Of a stretch of DNA of 64,000 nt, positions 25,803 to 38,242 are shown one piece after another. Origin of the DNA: Nymphaea colorata (taxonomy: Eukaryota); the NCBI RefSeq assembly GCF_008831285.2, contig NC_045138.2:18600001-18664000 (forward strand), read 5' to 3'. A program made the translations under genes and the position numbers. The notes beneath the pieces are model-generated. The model made no database searches. It was not told the DNA's origin and was given only the letters and a program-made list of their open reading frames with translations. The stretch's first letter is position 1; each line of letters begins with the position of its first letter.

Positions 25803-28351
25803 GGCTCCACATTCACCCCAGCCAACAGCAGTGGTGATGTTGCCACAGATCAGATACTAGCACGAAATCTTTGACGCAGGAAATGCCACTGAAGAAGACA
25901 AGTCCAGAGTTACCTACATAGAACGCCAGAAAGAAAGAAAAAGTGGGGGAAACCCCGACAATTAGATTAAGGAAAGAAGCAGTTCTGCATCCCCACCCAG
26001 CAAAAAGATGACCACCAAAAATTCCAAAATTAAAGCCCCAAGAAACCAAAAAAAAAAAATTATGAGACCCCAAGAAACAGAGGAAATCCACAAAGGTCGA
26101 ATCTTTACAAAAGAAGGAGAGGAAAGTGGTTCACCTGGAGAGAATTGTGGTGAGTTGTCATGGGCAGCCTTGAGAGTTAGAAGGGTCAGCTTTTCCTTTT
26201 ACCCACTTTTTCAAAAGCCAACTCGAGACAGAGAAAGGTGGAGTGGCGTTTGTGAATGGCCTGCTGTCCCTGTTGAAAGTTGGAAGGACTCGTTGCAGAG
26301 TCAGACTGGCGGCAGGAATGCATGACGAGGCAACGCTTAAAGAATAAAACAAATAGCTTATATTGGCAACTATTCATTTACTTAATAGTAAAGAAAAATT
26401 TATGATGGAGTCCAAGAAGGCCCAATTCCCCCGTCCCGAAATGGAAATTTGCTTGGCGATAGAACTTTATTTTTTCTGCTGTCGCCATCTTTGAAAGAGA
26501 GAGAGAGGGAGATGGGGTCTGCGTCTGGCATATGGCGTGTCAGCAGGAAAGGCCCCAACAAAGATTCTTCTTTTTTCACATATCCCCAAAATGTTTCTCT
26601 TCTGTTCTGTCTGGCTCCAACTTCTTCCCATCATATTCTCGACGAACTACAGGAACTGCCATAAGGTTTAAATGGGCACCGGAACTTCCGACGGTTTCCG
26701 ACTCGCAAATTGGCGTACAGCTTCAGTTTTATAGATACAACCGTCCGTCAGCTTGTCTGCTTCTGGAAAGACGACCAGCACTTCAGCCCCAAAGGTACGA
26801 TTACTTAGTATCGTCCTCTGTATTTCTCTGTTTAAGCAAATTTCAGGCCAGTGAAGAGGAGATCTCTCGGCGTTTTCATTCAAGTTGTCAGTATATTAAA
26901 AAGAGACAAGTGGCTCACATTATTAAGCGAATCCAAAGAATGGGCCCTTTTCAATTGAAAGCTGTTGTGTTTATCTTTTATTTTCACACTAAAAGTTGCT
27001 GTCGTCCTGATTTGAACTTCCGTTCGAGTTTGGCTAGCTCATGTAAAATAGAGAAATTTCAGTTGATGGCAATCTCGCGCTCAATTTGAACGACGGTCCA
27101 AGTGGCTCATGGGAGCCTAAATTAATGGCAGCAGCTTTATTGGAAATATGAAATGTTCGATTTTAGCATGCTTATATTACTAAAAAGGCCATGGAATTTA
27201 GTTAACAGATGTGGAGGCATGAAGATACCTGAATCCCTGAGATCCTATTTTTGATAGGAACAGTGTGTTCTTAGAACACATAACCTAAGAAAACTACATT
27301 TTGTTTATAGAAATATAATATAATTATAGAAGACATTTGCAGATGCATCAATCAAACAATAAACATAATCAGACCATGCTTTATGAAACAAGAACAAGGT
27401 GTTTTCTCCATGTTGATAGGGACATATATGCAAAGAACACAATGTTTTGTTACCAAATGCCCTCTAAAGTTACCTACTCTCTCTTGAGTGCACATAGATA
27501 GCTTTACTTTTGTGCTTTGGAAATGTGCATTACCCTAGGAGGTGAAGTCACAGCTTTCTGAGTTACGCTATCTCAAGTACCCCAGATTGCAGCAAATATC
27601 ACACTGAACTTGAAGCTAAAATATATGGTCCTCAAATCTTTCTAAGATCTTGGAACATGTCTAAAAGGACAGTTTTTATTACATCCACCTCTTACAATCA
27701 TGAAAACTAGTTTATTAAAAGTAAGGTTAATTTGGATTATTTGAACATCAAACCTGACAGAATGAACCAATGATAAATCCATTTAAGTAGTCTTATCCAA
27801 AGATTGTTACCCGACCCCAAACAAATTGTGGAAATAACTTAAATTTTATGTACGAATTGGAAACAAGAAAATTTGGGTTCTCTGGCAGAATATTTAATAG
27901 AACACTAGTGGCCTTCATACAATATCTTATAGTTCGCCGCCCCTTGTCTCCACTGACGTAATGTATTAATATACAAGAATTATAGATCCAAAGGAGGTTG
28001 GTGCAGTGGAAGCATGCCGAGGATGACCGGTATTGAGCAAGTCAAGTCAAAGTTAATTAGATTCTCATGAGTATTTGCTCCCTTTTTAAGCAGACGCTGT
28101 GTATATTTCTTGGAGAGAAGTGCAAGATTTCATCTCTGCTCTCCTCTCCTGAGTTTTGCCTTGGAAAATAAGTTTGACAGAGACTCTACGGCTACCGCCA
28201 TGATGAAGTCAAAATGCTCGGCCTATTCATTCAACGTCGCATTCAAACATTCGCTCATTCACACCAAAAGCTTCATTAGTATCAGTCCTTTTCAACCGAA
28301 CATCGGAACCCAGTAAATGACAGTAGCTTTTCCTAACATTGTGTGTGTGTA

Positions 28352-28384
<33 letters not shown>

Positions 28385-28568
28385 AAAAAAAAGAGAGAAT
28401 TATATATAGAAAGATCTTATGGAACAGATTGAAAACGAAAGGTCGTATGCTTTCTTCTCAATAGACAAAAAAAGGCATACGTATCCAAGTATTTTATACT
28501 CCGCTACAGTTTCAACCTGATCTCTTCAGTCAGCTTCGTCTTAGGTTATCTTGAGCTTAATTATAATT

Positions 28569-28747
28569 TTGTTTAATTATTTATGGGGACGACCAATGGC
28601 CGGCCGGTAAACGGCCGGTTGCTGATAGAAGTAGCATAGGTGTTATATATATATATATATATATATTGTTTAATTATTTATGGGGACGACCAATGGCCGG
28701 CCGGTAAACGGCCGGTTGCTGATAGAAGTAGGCAAGTAGCATGGTTG

Positions 28748-28777
<30 letters not shown>
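28569..28777. repeat. ~97-bp tandem duplication, each copy ending in (TA)n
   Basis: TTGTTTAATTATTTATGGGGACGACCAATGGCCGGCCGGTAAACGGCCGGTTGCTGATAGAAGTAG..(TA)n at 28569 and 28666. Confidence 0.92.
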
Positions 28778-28782
<5 letters not shown>

Positions 28783-28936
28783 CTAAAACGGCCCTGGAAT
28801 AGAAGCAAGACAAAAGCCAGACTTCTCACTTTGCCGCCAGCGTGATTTTCCACTTTGCCTGAATTACAAAATTGTATCCATCTTTTGTTCTAATGGCAAG
28901 CACGTCCCACGAAGTCCACAACTTCGGGATGGGGCC

Positions 28937-29007
28937 TTGGCTTTTCGCATGCTTGCTCCTTATCATGAGTCATGACAGTGAATGAATCGGGTTGGCCCAA
29001 CCTGACC
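28937..29007 (+). repeat. Dispersed repeat with an inverted partner at ~36770-36833
   Basis: TTGGCTTTTCGCATGCTTGCTCCTTATCATGA..GTGAATGAATCGGGTTGGCCCAACCTGACC matches the reverse complement of 36770-36833. Confidence 0.75.
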
Positions 29008-32000
29008 AAGTGGGTCCAGCACTCACCGAGACCAGGCAGCGATGATTGGCTCCTTGGGGGTGAGCCAGGGTCTGAGCCCACCTGAGCCCATTCGTGTCTT
29101 CGGCTCTCATTGTGTTGGCCTGATGGACACAGCCGGGTTGGTTGGTGTGCCTACAGCATCAATGCTTCAGATCCTGTTTGGCTCCGAGAAGTTTGCTTCA
29201 GATCCGAACATAGCCAAACGTTACCTCAAGTTGGTTTGGAGATCGGGAACTTGGTCGGCTTTTGGAGCGACTCATGGCTAAAAGACCTGTTTGGGGGACC
29301 GTGCACATGGTCCGGATCAGGTTAGGCCCACAAGTGCATGGTAAGGACAGCCTGGTCCAGCTCAAGCCCCGGTAGCTAATCAAAGGCCATAATCGGGGCC
29401 CGGTACAACAAAGTCGGTCCAATCAGGTTCGAGGTCCCACCACCATGGAAATGTTAAACAAAAACCTAACCTGGTCCGCTGGATCAAACTAAGATTTCGT
29501 GGATCAAAAATTGGATCAGATACTCGAACAAAAAATAAAATTAAATTAACTATGGGATCCAGATTCTGCATCTTTTCACCTGTCTTGACCAAATTATAAA
29601 TGAAATATGTCCAAGCAATATCCAAATCATGATTTGCTTAATCTACTTTAAGTCGTATCCAAATCCAGTTTTGTCTGACTTTGCATGAATACGGGAATCA
29701 AATCCGTCATTGTTAACGAGATGTAGGCAATAATGTTCCCAAATTGAAAATATTAACGCTGTGAAAGTATAAATGATAATGAATGTATATATGTAGAAAT
29801 TTGGTAGGTGCTAATCACTTAGATGTTTGAAAAAAAATAAACTGTCTTTGATATTTTAGAAATCAATTGTTGAGAGAAAAACGAAGAGAAAAATAAGTAT
29901 CTATGAAATTTCATCAACTCGATAACATTCACAAGACATATAATCAACTCAACCGTTCTCGCAAGTTCTCCTAAAAAAAAAAATCATTTGATTCTAATAA
30001 GGACCAAACCACTCAGATCGGAATGACATATATTTCATTATTATAAGCACAAGAACAGCGCATTATGCACATGCAGCCATTGTTCATCTAAAATTGCCAT
30101 TAAGAACATTTACAACATGGTTTAGGTACATGCTGCCAGTTGAAAATGAATGTTTCATGTTATTGCGATAGCCTCTTATTGAATGTTGTATATAAATAAG
30201 AGAAAAATTCGCCACTTGATTGAAGAACAATAGAAACGTTAACCCCATTATGGGCTGCATGGTTCCCCAGCCAATAATTTAATGGTACATCACATGGGCC
30301 TTCCACGTTATGCATTGGATTCTACATCTCATACCCAGCTTTTGGTGAGTGGATCTGTTCTCTAGAGACTTTAATTTATATATTGTCTACATGCCATTCA
30401 TTCACTCTATTATGAAGCAGCGGATAGATTTTTATTCATATTTATGAAGCAAAACTTTATGGATTCACATATGATATTGTATAAAAGTGTCTGATATGAC
30501 CTGCCGTTGATCTCCAAAACATTTGTAAAATTTGCTTTCTAGCTTTTGATGTTGAACTGTGAAAAGTAACACGATATAAAACTGGCTGACAAAAGAATAT
30601 GATAAAATGAAGCTTTTTTTTTTTCTTTGACATGATTATTTTACTAGCTTTTTTAATCTGTGTTTTGAGAGGACCGGACGAATAGCCTTCTATATGCCTT
30701 CTTGTCTAAATATAAATTTCTTTGGACTTTTTCACGTCAAATTGCTGCCGATACAAATATAATATTAAGTTGGGATTAAGCTTTTTCGTTTGTCTTCTTG
30801 GCTGTGATTAAAAGTAGATGAGATGGGTAGCTGCTGATTCATAAAGGGTACATTGTGGCTTGACGCCATACCAAATCTAAATTTGAAATGGTTGGTCTGG
30901 TTCTAGATCCAGATCTGATAGACATCATAATGGAATTCTGGATCCAGGATACAGAATGAGGCATTTTAACAATGCATCTGCTAAGATTTATATTTCAAGT
31001 GCAAAAGACAAAGGTATACTGCAAGTATGTAGTATTTTCTAATGTCTGCTTAGGAGAAACCACTTTCAGTATAAAACTATCATCTCCATACCCTTATGCC
31101 TCCAAGGTTATGACTTGTTTCAAGGTTTGGATGGACTTATGGTACACCTTTCAATGTCGGTATCATGCTTGCCACCATTTGCAGCCAGGAAAAGTAACAA
31201 GCCGGAACATGACAAGAACGACTAGATATGAACCTCGGACCCCTTGAATATGAGCCACCTTGCCGCCCAGTTGCACTATGTCCCTTGAGCTTTGCAATTA
31301 TCTAGTTACATAATGTGAGTGGCCCACATTATTGACTAAACAGTGATATACTATCTTCATAACCATGCTTGCTTGTAATTAATATGGAACCATGAACCTT
31401 GAGCCTTCTATATATTTAGAAGAAAAAATTTTATAGGTCCTTCCCTGAATGGATCATGTGTATCAGATCCAGTTGGGACCTGTGATGAAGTTCCAGTGAG
31501 AATGCACCTTTAACATTTTGAATCCAATCATAAACCTAATTAGCTAAGAGCGTTTGAGAGTCCAAGTCGATAAGATATTCAATCCTTGATAATTAAGACA
31601 CTGACTGGCAGAAATAAGTGAACTGTCATCATGGCATGATACTCCATCAGAACTCATTGTCTCTCTTGCTTGATCATCAATGGATGTCAGGAGGCAAGGT
31701 ACTTTTGAACCTTGACATAGCTTAGAAGTGCCTTTGAGTGCAACCCAAGTGACTGAACTTTTGTAATGGCAAACAAAATACAGCGTGAAGACGACAGCCA
31801 TTAATGGCGACTAAACAAATGCGGAACTTGCATTTTTGCTGCATCTGATGATTAGAACTTGAAAAGAAAGATGAAGAAGCTAGAGAGATGCCAAATGCAT
31901 GTCAAGTTAGTGCCACTAGGCTGAGAAAATATCTGGATATTTAAAAAAGGAATAACCAATTGCAACTCAGCTAGACTGCAAGCATGCTTTTACAGTATAT

Positions 32001-33089
32001 GTGGAGGATTTGAAACTTTATATGGCCCAAAAAGTACATTGATTTCTTGCGGTTTGGCCCATACCAATTAATTAGATAAAAGTGTACCATTTTCATAATG
32101 ATCATTTATTTGCATTTGTTACGCAGTAAAGTGAAGATCTTGATAAAATCCTGAAAATGATTACGTGTAAGAAAGTCTTATATATGGAAATAGTCCGAAT
32201 ATGCGTACTAGATATGGTAGGTAAAGAATTTAAACCTTTTAAAACAGAGCTCAATTTTTTGGTGAGTCAATAAAAACATACTCAAATTTAAAAAAAATTA
32301 CATTTAACCACCTGCCCATTCTACAGTAATTCTTAATTCACATGGATAAGCGAACAACTTTGAAGCTTAACCATGTTTTTTTCCCCTCTTAATCCTTCTG
32401 AACATACTCAAATATATAAACTCTAATATTGCTGAAGGAAAAACCACAATCGAATCCCCATGATTATATGAAATCTATTTAAGTAAACTGCATCTGTGAT
32501 CCATAAGTTCAGAGGTTTGGGTTATTTTAGCTGGTTATGACTCACGAGGCTCATCAAACTTTTTGAATGTAAAATAAGAGTTAACCATGCAGAAAAATTT
32601 CGGACTTTCCAAGTCTAACGAGTTCATACGTATAGATCAAAACAACGATCACGGAAAAGTTGTTCTCCAATTTTCTCTTTCACCAGTCATGTTTTCATAT
32701 GGTTAATGAAGCGAAGTGGCATCTAAACTGCCAGCCAATCAAATGCAGAACGCTTAGTCCAAGTATTACTGTCCAAGCGAACACGTTAAATACAATGACA
32801 AATGGACAAGGTGGTGTGTTGATCTAATACAAGACGTTACGGACCAAGCGTTCTTTTGTCCATGTATTTTGGAATCAAATGGTACCTAAATTTCGTGAAC
32901 AGCGAGCATTCGAAGGATAAAGAAACGTGAACAAAAGAGTGAGAAATCCAGAAAACATTGGTAATTCGTGAATAATTCCTGAATTTATGCTCACTTTATT
33001 TATTTGTACACGAAAAAAATTGTCGTTACTATAAGGTGCACATTTCTAAAGAGACAAACGTCAACTGAACGACAGTAAATCATGATAAG

Positions 33090-33336
33090 TAGGCCTCCTG
33101 CGGTGGCCCGGTTCGGTCCGTTTACATTAAAAATATATATTTTATAATTTTTTTAAAATATATGTTTATATTATTAAATATATTTTATATTTTAAAAAAT
33201 TATTTTATAATTAAAAAATAATTTTTAAATTCAAATGGACCGGACCCATGCTATCGAGCCGAGCTCACTTGCCCGACGGGCCGGATCGAGCCAGCCCTTA
33301 CCGGGCCGGGTCGGGCTGGCCCGATGCCCACCCTTA
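33090..33336. mobile_element. hAT-type MITE, 247 bp, perfect 8-bp TSD
   Basis: TSD ATGATAAG at 33082-33089 and 33337-33344. Right-end reverse complement TAAGGGTGGGCATCGGGCC is the same family as 10852-11200; AT-rich core. Confidence 0.85.
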
Positions 33337-33779
33337 ATGATAAGCACCTTGTTAAAGGATTAGATCCTACGTCCCGTTTGGGTGGTCCTCTAAATTTCAC
33401 ACCAAGAAGAAATCCTTAGTGAGGACCAAGAAGAAATCCTTCGTCAGGACGTAGACGTACTTTTTTTTGTTTTTTGAATTAATTGTTTTTCTTTTTAAAG
33501 AAAAAAAAATTACTTCTTGGTACAAAAATAAAGGGATGCAAGGGTAAAGCTGTTTGGGAGAAACGATAATGTGGATTGCTCCTTGAGGGACGACACGTGA
33601 CATATGAAAGGGCGGATCAGGTAGCCAAGTTGGATTTTGTTTTCTTAAAGAAAAAAAAAAAGAGTCCCATTCCGTCATTGGATGCAGTTGTGATATTAGA
33701 TGTTGGTGAGGATACCTTCCTCATCTTAAATGTAAGTAAATCTAATCAGATCTTAGTATCTCTTCTCTCTTCATGTTAT

Positions 33780-34400
33780 CTACCTTCACTAAGTGCAATT
33801 CGAAGACAGATTTCATAAAGCATTTTTTTTCATGGGCACTAGATGGGGAAGGGTATTTCTCAATACATCGTGTATATAGCATGCTTCAACTTCTTGGTGT
33901 CAATTGGTTTCCTCATTATCTCCTTTCGAATGGGGGGTCCTACTCGACGAACCAAAACTTTTGCATTGCTTATTTTGTTAGACCACATTCAGACTCAACA
34001 TAACCTCAAAATGTCTGGTTTTCACCTTGCAAGCAAGTGTCCTTTATGTTGTTGTGCCGATGAAGCTACCACTCACTTGGTGTGGTTTTGTCAAGTGTCT
34101 CAAGATCTTTATGTGTTTACCTAGTATATGTCTTCTATTAAAGTCACAAACATATCTACAAATCGAGACACGATCCATAGACCAGTTAGAATGAAAAAAA
34201 AAATTGCGTACCATTTGAAGAATTTGAATGTTTATGTTTTGGTGGGTCATTTGGAACTCCAGAATCGATAGTATTTATAAAAATGAGACTGTCTCAATTC
34301 AGTCACATGACATCCTCCATTTTATATGATGTCTGATTAATTTCCCATAACCTATGGAAAAAATGGTAGTACCTTCAACTTCTTACAAGAATTAAGGGCT
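33780..34400 (+). mobile_element. Degenerate L1-type LINE ORF2 3' remnant (zf-RVT region)
   Basis: Frameshifted pieces read WALDGEGYFSIHRVY, IQTQHNLKMSGFHLASKCPLCCCADEATTHLVWFC (CxxC..H..C zinc knuckle) and WWVIWNSR, motifs typical of plant L1 ORF2 C-termini. Boundaries approximate. Confidence 0.75.
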
Positions 34401-34462
34401 GATTTTTAAACGTAATCTCTTTTTCAAGTTCAACTTTTTGTTGGTCTTATATTAATGTTATT

Positions 34463-34503
<41 letters not shown>

Positions 34504-35424
34504 TGATATCAGTTGAAGAACTAAATTTTAAAGAACAAAATTTTCAAAGTATTTAGTTGCCCCGTAAAATTTTTGAAAAAAAGTAGGGGTTGGCCCTTGT
34601 TAAAAATTTTATCTGGTGGTCGTATGACTGTTCGGTCTCCCTAAAGGTAAAATTCTGGCTCCGTTCCTTGATCTCCACATATGTGAAGAAAAAGATTTTC
34701 AGGCTTACATAACTCAGTAGTGTATCATAGTTTCTAGTTTAAACTCTATCTTATGACGGGCAATGCAAGAGAAAGCATTACGTGTTTGGGTGCTTTCAAT
34801 GGCTATGTGGAATTTTGGAGGAAAAAAATCGTGGCTTATTTTGTATTAAACTCTAGTAAAAACCGACTTGAGCTTCCCATTAGATCACACAAGTTTATAT
34901 CATACCCAGTTTAATGCGCAGACCACCTCAATGGGTTTTGGAAAACAATATTCGACTTATCTGCTCGAACAAACTTCCTATTTGGACAAGTTTAAAGAGA
35001 AACTCGTACCTGAATCCTCTTGAGAGCAGCTAGGAACCCCTTGAATGTTCGTCCAAAACCTTTTTTATCGAGTAGAATTTTCAACATGATTGCCTAAACA
35101 AAAACATGGCCAACCAAAGTCCCAAAATAATTGTTCAAAGCCAAAATGGAGTTTAAACCAAGTAAACATACAATAGTAGGGACTGGATATCGATCCCTGC
35201 CTCCCTAACCAGACATGGAAGCAAAAGATCTACCTATCAAACATATGACATCAATCCATATGGCAATGTTCATGCTTCAAGGTGAGGGGGTTAAAAAGAC
35301 ATGCAGATTTATGCTGCTAAAATGGCAGAAAACAAACAAATCATTAGTGGCTTCAAACGGTAGCACGATATTTAGAAAGGTCTGCTCACAATCACACAAT
35401 CCTTTCATATTGAGTTCTTAGAAC

Positions 35425-35505
35425 CAGGGGGGGGGGGCATAGGCCATGGCCCCGACCCACGGACCGTTTGGCCCACCCTTGAAAAAAAACTTGGTTTTGC
35501 CCTTG
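35425..35505. mobile_element. Miniature hAT-type MITE, 81 bp, perfect 8-bp TSD
   Basis: TSD CTTAGAAC at 35417-35424 and 35506-35513; ends CAGGGG.. and ..GCCCTTG. Confidence 0.8.
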
Positions 35506-35556
35506 CTTAGAACTTTGCTAAAGCCAAAAAAAAGCTGCAAGAATTTGTTCTTCAAT

Positions 35557-35659
35557 TGGTTTACAAAAGATTGGAGCTATCTTTGGTACAATTTAAGCTT
35601 CAACTTTTGGTTTACAAAAGATTTGAGCTATCTTTGGTACAATTCAAGCTTCAACTTTT
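35557..35659. repeat. 51-bp tandem duplication
   Basis: TGGTTTACAAAAGATT(G/T)GAGCTATCTTTGGTACAATT(T/C)AAGCTTCAACTTT at 35557 and 35608. Confidence 0.9.
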
Positions 35660-36307
35660 CATTTCAGGATGGCATTCCAGTTTTCTACATGACACGGACA
35701 CAAATTTATGACAGAGTATCCCCACTGCCTCCTTAAAACATTCTATGTCCAACTACAACGCATGTGTTTTCGCGGAGCCAAACATTTCTGGTTAAGGGGC
35801 ACTGTTACTTTAAATTTCCAACTTTCAGGGGCATTTGCATGTAAAGAAGTAGAAACTATTGAAGTGTCTATGCATAAATAAAACAAATTCAGTGGGCTGG
35901 TGTCGGCAATTGCCCACAGCAACCACAACATGGTTCTGCCAGTCTGCCACTGATCTCCATGTTCTTGGCGGACGATCTCCCTTTCGTGCATGCCTAATCT
36001 GAGAATCACGTCTTATTGACCATGAACTTCTGAGTAAGGGACAGGATGCAATCTTCAGGTCATGAGCTTGACAAGCCGGCTCGGTCCCTCCCTTAGCTTG
36101 CATTTGTATCCACAGCCAAGGCCTGCAGCCTCTGTGGGGCATAGAATGGAAAGGCCGAAGATGGAGTGGGATCGGCATCTGGCCATTGCCAATTCTATAT
36201 CCAGTTCCATCGACTAACTTGCGCTACCCCACACTACTGGTAACGCAGCGCCTATGTACACGTCGAGCCTTGTCTGCAAACTTTGCTGCTTGCTTAACAC
36301 ATGCAAG

Positions 36308-36531
36308 CAATGTTGTGAGAAGCGTAAAAGAATGCGACTCAAGGCGTTTTTTAGAAAAAAAGCCTTGAGGCGCACGTGTCCATGAAATGTGTGCCTCATT
36401 TGGAAGAGACATAAATATTATGTAATTCACAAATTTGTTCATGAAGCTTACGCTTCAATTAACATCTCGCCTTGCCTCGCGTCATGAGAGGCTCAACGTC
36501 TCGCCTCGCTTTATCACCTTTTACAACATTG
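36308..36531. mobile_element. hAT-type MITE (CAATGTTGT TIR), 224 bp, perfect 8-bp TSD
   Basis: Ends CAATGTTGT.. and ..ACAACATTG; TSD CATGCAAG at 36300-36307 and 36532-36539; AGGCG/CGCCT subterminal repeats. Confidence 0.88.
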
Positions 36532-37096
36532 CATGCAAGTCGAACAGGAACTGGTGTTTTCCAATGGCAGAATGGTGAACGCATAAGAACTTAGGTGAGA
36601 CCTGAAATCATTCTCCTAAGCATGCACAGCACTTCACATATAATACATGGCTACAGCCAAGTAGCTTGATCTTCTTTGTTTGATAAGGGCACAGTTGTGG
36701 AAAGGAATATGAGTTGCCTCAACAAAGTTGTAGGTCCAATCAGACCCAAAAATCTTCCTCATTGCTGAACGGTCCGGTTGGGCCAACCCGACTCACTCAC
36801 GGTCATGATAAGAAACAAGCATGCGAAGCCAATCAGTACTGTTAAACATATTCAGAACAAGAAAGACGACTACCAAATAATGGCAAAAGCCGATCACATA
36901 GAAAAGGAATAACTTGAAAAGCTTAAAAAACATGCATTGCTACATTATTACAATTCTCATCCATAAGCCCTCGTGCTATGACAACGGAAACTAAATTCTA
37001 AATACAGAACCATTAATATTACGCGGAATTACTATTACACTCCGAACATCCGACTTCCCTCTCTGTACATAAGCATGAACCTGGAAGAAGTGATGC

Positions 37097-38202
37097 TCAA
37101 GACAATTTTGTCGAAAGATCATCGCTGCAGTGAGCAACTCTGAGTGGCTGTAATGAAGATATTGGATGTAAGACCAATTTCCGGCTGTTTCTAAAACCAG
37201 GACAGGCACCTGATTCGATACGTGGAGGTGAGATCCGCTTCCGGTTTGGAGAGGCAACTGTCACTTTATCATTTGGAGACTGACGGGCTCTAAGAAACTC
37301 AGGAGTGTCATCTTCCAAAATTGTTCTCATGAAATGTTTCTCTGATTTCAAACGTGAAAGCAGGAAACCACTATTCACAGTATTGCATCCGCTTATACGA
37401 GAAGACTGAGGGGCCTTGCCAGACGACAGGAAAGGTGGTGGTAATATGGCCGACCTGGAAACAACTTGACATAAGCTAAATCCACAAAGCAAAACCTAGA
37501 AAGTAATTCGCAACCACAGATAGAAGCTTGTTCTCAGACCTGCAAATCTCAAATGCAGTCAAGGAAGACTCTTGGGAAGATTGCTTATCATCATCCTTCT
37601 CAATCTCTTGGCTTTTAGGATTTTCATCTGGCTCAGCCACTTCGCTTACCTCCTCTTCAACTTCTCTGCTTCCAGTAAGCAATTTTGGCGCTGCAAACAT
37701 ACAAAAAACAAAGGCAAGCCCCATATTAAACCCTTGTTCACTAGAACTTTCACTATAAAGCAACTGAACACTGAGAAATTGCCACAATCAAGCTGTCCAT
37801 TGATGAAGAAAGTATTCCTGGAAAAACAAACTAGATTGCTTTGACAATGTCTAGCAAACCACAGTAGCCAACTTCAGCAGCCAAATCTAACTAGAGAATT
37901 TCTGTAAGAAATGATAAAAGGATAACTCCAAGCAGCATCAAGAATATCATTTCCAAAAACTTACTCTTGCTAAAGCCTTCAAAGAACTGAGACGGAGAGC
38001 AGTCTGCATTTTCAAATAACAGATTTCCATGAAATGATCAGATCCAGGACATGTATTGCAAATGTAGTGCATGATTATCAACTATTCCCAAGAGTGGGAT
38101 TTCAAAGCAACAAGGAAGATGCCATCCAGTTAGCTTAACCAATTTAAATCTACTTCCTTTTAACCAGCGAGAAAAAGGTTAAACCAAGTCCTATGCCAGG
38201 TG

Positions 38203-38242
<40 letters not shown>

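Noticed and set aside
28600..28640. Helitron 3' end (GC hairpin plus CTRR)
   Set aside because: No CTRR terminus at the expected distance and no identifiable 5' TC end.
31544..31801. 85-aa minus-strand ORF as a secreted peptide precursor
   Set aside because: No convincing signal peptide and no CLE/PSK/RGF/CEP-type motif.
33400..33450. Short direct repeats (24-bp period ACCAAGAAGAAATCCTT; also ~22-bp at 15443-15485) as an array
   Set aside because: Only two copies each, consistent with ordinary slippage duplications; not CRISPR-like, and the context is eukaryotic.
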